Below are positions 57,970 through 64,000 of a stretch of DNA of 64,000 bases, in pieces (within the stretch, counting starts at the first letter, position 1; each line of letters opens with the position of its first letter). The notes below the pieces were generated by a model. The model saw nothing but the letters and a program-made list of their open reading frames with translations. It did no database searches and was not told the origin of the DNA. Both the position numbers and the translations under genes were made by a program. The stretch is from Mizuhopecten yessoensis (Eukaryota). Where the stretch lies: assembly GCF_002113885.1 (NCBI RefSeq), contig NW_018404492.1, forward strand, positions 7,381,173-7,445,172, in the 5' to 3' direction.

Positions 57970-60900
57970 TTACATATTTTCGTACTATGATGGTACACTC
58001 AGAATAAAGCTAACTCCAATACATTTGCTTTTTTAATGGTACAGAGCCTCCGTAACGTGCGTAAATCCAAACAAATGAACAGCCTACAGCCTTCGAGCAG
58101 CGATGGATCTCCAACGTTACCATTATGACGTCACAATGTAAATTACGTCATCAATAGGAAACAATGGTCTCCAAGGAATCTCACTGCGTATACGGTAATG
58201 TATACGCAGTCACGGTTTACACAGGTTCAATGGGAGCGAATGTAAATATTATGAAATAACTGATTTATCGATCACTTAAAATATACATCCACATTACACA
58301 TGTGTAAAACGTCTAATCTTATCTAAGAATATTTTCGTCCACCTTATTCTTATCCCTGTAATGTTATCCCCGACAGCGCCGAGGGATAGAATGTCGATTG
58401 TATCTCGTGACATGATAGTGTAATGATACGTACTCTCTGAATTAGTTGATATGATTTTTAATGGCATTACATATTAAATGCCTTCACTATATACAGTGTG
58501 CATCGTAGTCCAGTTGGCATACAAACTGCAAAAGCAATTTCATTACGAGTTGTTGCTTGTTATAGCAAGATAAACAGCGATACAAATGTATGGTTGTGCA
58601 CTTTCTGGATATATGTTTTGAAAACACGACAGAGGCATAGGTGAAATATATTACGGACGGAATGGTAAGAATTGTCGACTATATCTGTGCTGAGTTTGAT
58701 GGAAGACTGACGTCTTATCCAAGGGTACAAAGTGTACCCGTCTTCTCTCCGTCTTTCTTCTTGTTTTTATCTTACACAATGACCCTGGAAAACTAGTATT
58801 ATTTCAACCCGCAAATGTTTTTTCCGTTACACTAACATCTTATTGACATTAAACAACATGTATATAACTTCTAAACTGCAACGTACACAACCAAACCGCA
58901 TGTGTATACACATGTATCTTTTTATCATTCGCCAATCATTAAGATTATCTTTTATTGTTTGCGTAATCAACACAATGAACGCGCAGAAGTCAGTATTGAG
59001 CAAATAACTAATATACGATAGCTCTACTTACCAACAAGGGGTACTACAAATGTACTAGACTAAATTATGCCGGCCGGTCAATCGTTGTCCTGTGATGTTC
59101 TCTGTCCAACATCGTAATCCAAGGCGGTTTGTCAAATACTGGCCAGTTGGTCATCGTTTGTGTGTGTGCCGGAGACGTATATGTTGGTTTATTTGACTCC
59201 TTGCGATGGCGTGGATCTGATTTTTGTAGGTGTTATTAATTGATAAAAGGTATATATCCATGCATACGTGATAGACCTTGTACTCATTCATAGACATGAC
59301 GTGCAGGTTATCGGGGACAGTATTGAGCGTTAGCGAGAGAGATACTTGTAAATTCTCGAATGGAATAGTTGTAAAAATGAATCCACATAAATAGATCGCT
59401 GACGTCACCATTGCAGAATTAAAAATTCGTGGAAACTAAGTAATTGATGCATATTTGTTAGCATTTAAGTGTTTTGTCTGTATCTTTTCTTTGGTACTTT
59501 ATGGGATTTAGGTATTCATGAGAAATGGTTTCGTGTTAATATGTACCCCAATTGATTTATACTACAGTTATTTCAATTAATAAAATGATTTACGGAAGGT
59601 TTGTCAATGAGACGCATACAATGTAAACAACGTATGCCTGCTTTAACGTAAGCGTAACGGAGAGGTCGATATCAGCCTTCTTTGTCTAACGTAATTCACA
59701 GATGTAGCCGACCTTAACTTTGCCTGACCACAGCATTGTTCGTGAAAACTGTGACCACACACAGCATTCATATATCACAAGGATTTGTCTCTAAAAAGTT
59801 ATCACGAATTGATTATATTCGATACCTCACCATTTCGATGAACTTCGATTATAACAAGTTACATCATCGTTAATTGTATATACGTAAATATCTATACCCT
59901 TTCTGATATTTGATATTATAATACCGCATAAAGTGTTTGTTACTTTAAAAACTTGTATGACGGTACATAACCTAACATTCTTAGGACACCTTTTTACAAT
60001 GGTCCATTATATTACGTAACAGATTGAGTGTAATAACAGTTTAGCACACTGTTTTCTGTGCTTGTCGCTCGAGTCCACCTGATGTGGCCTCTCGATTTTT
60101 TCCACGTGCGAGCGATGAAAATTGTTCTCACAACAAGCCCTGAAAACAGCTTGATACTGTAATCTATAATTATACTAATTCTGAAATTACTGTGTGATTA
60201 ACTGTTTATCATCTATATACTACTGCCTTATATATTCCTCTATTTGTATAAAAGTCAACAATGCATTGAAACACATATGTAAAACAAATATACAATGATA
60301 ATATTCGATACGATCTGTTTAATTGATCTGCATGGATTATGGAAAGGAAAGAATTTTCAAATGGTTGAAAACCTCTTCATTATAAAGTAATCATAGTTTA
60401 AAAACACAAAGAAAAACGCGAATCTTACATTTTAATGTATTTTCACTCCTGTGTAATGTAAATAATTACCGATACATTAGTACGGTATGCCATACATTGC
60501 TATTGTATGACAGCACCCAACATGTATGTACTTTACTCTACGCATACCCTTAACTGATTGCACGGTGCAATTGTTAATTAAAATGTATCCCATAGGTCTC
60601 ATTTATTTTAGCTAGGCATTCTTGTTACATTGTATATTCACCACCGAAGCTAGTTCTGACCTTGGACTTTATTTCATTCAAATATTGATGTCACTGTGCA
60701 GATGACAACAGATAAAGTTTGGGGTGACTACGAGCACGGGCATGTACAGGTTATCTACCTCATCTGACTTTGCACGCTTGCAAGAAACGGGACTTGGTAC
60801 TGTTCTCTCATGCTACGGCAAATAAGAGTTTAAGTCATGCATAACTACCAAACTAAATGTCCTAATCAACGCCCTTCATATTCCCATTAACCGTCACCAA

Positions 60901-63900
60901 GTTAATTCATAATTAACTGTTCTCGTCAATACATTGACGAGTGTACTTTAGCAGTGTCTTGCGATCCCTTGGTGACAGGCTCCAACTGTCCAACGTTTGC
61001 CATTGTATTTTTTATCAACCTTTGAATCATGCTTATCTAATACTACCTTCTTTAGTTAAAAAGTATGCGTCATCAATTTTCGAGCAAGATAGTTACGTTA
61101 CATTCATCTACAAAATGTTTATCAAAGAAAAATAAACAATAGAAGTAAATACACAAATATTTGACTTCATCATCAGTATGATTGATCACTTAGGCAGACG
61201 CTTCTCCGGTCATTTCATTTCACATCCAGATATGTTAATTATGTTCTTTCCTAAACTAACAAGCGTGTTGATGATACCACACCTCTCGTTTATAATCAAG
61301 AGCTTGAATCAAAAGATACAAAATACTTATTTGAGCATCTAGCGGCAAAAAAAAACCGTGTACCTTACCCTCAGACAACCTGGTGTAGGAGACACGTCAC
61401 TTTTATTCTAATATCAAATTATTTACTTCATTTCTGTAACATACAATGTACCGGTGTCTGTATAAAAAAACACTTTTTGAACACTTATTTCAAAAGATAC
61501 AGCCTGTTGACCAGGGGATACCGAAGTGTTCACAAAACCCTGATTTGATCTCAAAACCGATAATTTACATCGAAACCCTCGAAAAAATGCAAATAGAATA
61601 GGACCAGGCGTTCCGGTAGAGTACGTACGTGTCTTCATTGAATACACGTGCAATATGTACATTTCGGTCAGGTACAATTAGTGTCACATCCTCAGAGTGA
61701 AAACACCACTAGTCAAAACAAAACCACATGTCAATCTCATATTTCCCAATTATACTTTGATGTCGACCATGACATTTGCCAATAGTGTTCATAATCCTGC
61801 ATTCTTCAAAACCGTGTGGTTTAATTTTGTTCGTCAGCCGTCAGCACCGTTTAACTTGTAGCGTTTGGTTTGCTCCAGGTATTTTTTTTATTTGTTTACA
61901 TATTTCAGTCTACCAAAACAATGTGAGGGGCATTTTAATGGTCTTATTCCGTTTTTATTATTTTGTTGATGTTACGGTATTTTTTTGGTCCGGGGTTTTT
62001 ATCCTGTGGTATATGTTGACCTGATGTGTTGTTGATGATGTGACCTATACATTTGTTTATTTATTTTCAAGGGTTTATCGACCTTCGCTTTAATTAGCAA
62101 ATTGGTTCTTGTTGCTGTGACGTCGTAGTGGAGTGTATCATTTGTATGCTTCACAGAAAAATAAATCATACAACTGTTAAAAGTCGATCACGGCTTTATT
62201 TGTTCTTTCGCAATAAACCCAGATGTCCTAATCATGTACATGCAAGAAACAAACAGCAAAAAACCACAGTATGACATATTAACAATTTGTCTGTAACTGA
62301 AACAAATGCTTGCATGCGCGGGTTTGTGAGAAGGATGTTTATAATTACCTGCCGAAATATTTTGATGTTTACACGTTGGATACCAACCTACATATAATTT
62401 ATATACTGTAAAGATGCGAATACAACGTAGAATGTATATCATAAATAGTATATAAAAATGTCATTTTCCACTAACAGTCTGTTGATCACTTTTTTGTATT
62501 GGACTAGTGTGGTCCAGGTGGATTTTCTGCATACATTGTGGCAGGTGGCGTTTCGGCTATATCGATTACTTCAATATACAAATGTTGCCTAGTGGAATAG
62601 ATGTTGTTTGTTGACGACTGAAAAGTTTTGTGGTCTTTCGTCATTTCAAAACTATTGAACATCGCGAATTATACAGTATTGCAATTTAAAACACAGCGTG
62701 TCATATTCCGTGTCAGGGGATAGATCGTGTTTGTGCATTCTATCATGTCATACACACAATAGTGTCGCTTTTACTGGAGGAAACAATGTATGTGCTCGAT
62801 GCCATTATGTAGATGGCACGTGTGATTCAATTATCGAACCAATTTTTAATAGTTTAACATTTTATTCACTGTGGATTCAATATCATATTAACTACACCAT
62901 TTCTTTTTCGCCATAAAATGTGACGTATTGGATTCGTTTTTCGATTATTATTCATGCAGTCAAAATGGTAATTGACTGGACAGAATAAGGCATAGTGTTA
63001 TGTGTGTCAGAAAACCAGTTAAATACGATAAATGACCGGTAATGACTTCTCCTCACAGTCATTGTTATGGCCCTAATAGGTACAGCGTACGTTTCCTTTT
63101 ACGTGGAGGTACAAAAAAGGAAATAATTTGTTTGCTGTATTCCAACGACTTGGTCGTCTGAGGCAGCTAATCGGATCCTTTTAGTTCTCAATTTAAACGA
63201 CATTGAAGAATCTAATATTGATTTTATATCCTTCTTGGCAAGAGTTGAAACCTTTTGATTCTGATCTTACGTTATTATTGCTTTGGTGTCTGACAATGAC
63301 GTCGTTATTTTATGTATGTGTTGCCGTGGTACAAACTCTAACAAGCCGGCATGATGTCCGTTTGTACTTTAAATGAAGTAGCCTCGTATAAATGTGTTGG
63401 ACAATGAAAATGATGGTGTCTGATTTGAGTTCAATCATAATGCGCGCCACCTAGCTCCTCGATCCTGCGAAAGCGAGGAGGCGAAAAAGAGGCATGATAA
63501 AGCGAGAATACGAGAGAGTAGAATTAAACCCTCTCCTCACGATCACAATGTCAATTTCTCACACCCTTTTTTCGTCTTCCTGTTTCCTTGCTGGTGTTGC
63601 ACCGCTGGCTTTAGGTTGACGAAATGAGGAGGAAGCGATAACGGTTTGTTTACCCTTACGTCAAGCAACAGAAGAACTTGTCTTTACACACAAACACCGG
63701 CGCCATTACGGAGAGGTCACTCAGTGCGAAAGACTCATCTGGCGATTACCTCAGGCTCAATGCCAGTGCATTTCAATTATTTATCCGCCGTTATCATAAG
63801 ATTATTGGTTATTTCATGACAGGGACATTACTTCATAGCGGTAACGTCAGACTATGGCATCAATGCAAACAAATGCATTAATGAAACAAATGTAAAGTAA

Positions 63901-64000
63901 TGTTTTACTCAATGAGAATTCGACATTATATCACGTAGTTTGTACTTTTCACGGTTTTGAGCATTTTTGGTTCAACTGTAATTTAAATATTGAGAAAAGA

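Noticed and set aside
60030-60165. Weak inverted repeat (ACAGT...CTGTTTTC / GAAAACAG...ACTGT)
   Set aside because: Too degenerate to call confidently.

Overview
AT-rich eukaryotic (intron-containing) genomic window, most likely from a bivalve mollusc. This is inferred from the signal peptide/coiled-coil/C1q gene and the Helentron-type elements carrying ~155-160 bp central repeats. Splicing GT-AG exons by hand gives five apparently complete genes and one first coding exon: (1) a 3-exon secreted cystine-knot protein of Spaetzle/neurotrophin-like layout (3218-5733, +); (2) a small 2-exon uncharacterised protein with two 'RL' helical repeats (7822-8535, -); (3) adenylate kinase 6 (23806-31905, -), head-to-head with (4) PARP16 (32073-37089, +) across a 167-bp bidirectional promoter; (5) a secreted C1q-domain protein (41775-43970, +); and (6) the first coding exon of a probable alpha-arrestin (52540-52657, +). 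The rest is repeat-rich. It holds several Helentron/HINE-like elements (one with ~25 copies of a 156-bp unit, ~18 of them apparently identical), a tRNA-containing miniature LTR element, CR1 and RTE LINE relics, a CORE-like SINE, many palindromic MITEs, minisatellites and one assembly gap. Most entries in the supplied ORF track are spurious or are single exons read into introns. All gene models are manual and lack transcript or database confirmation.
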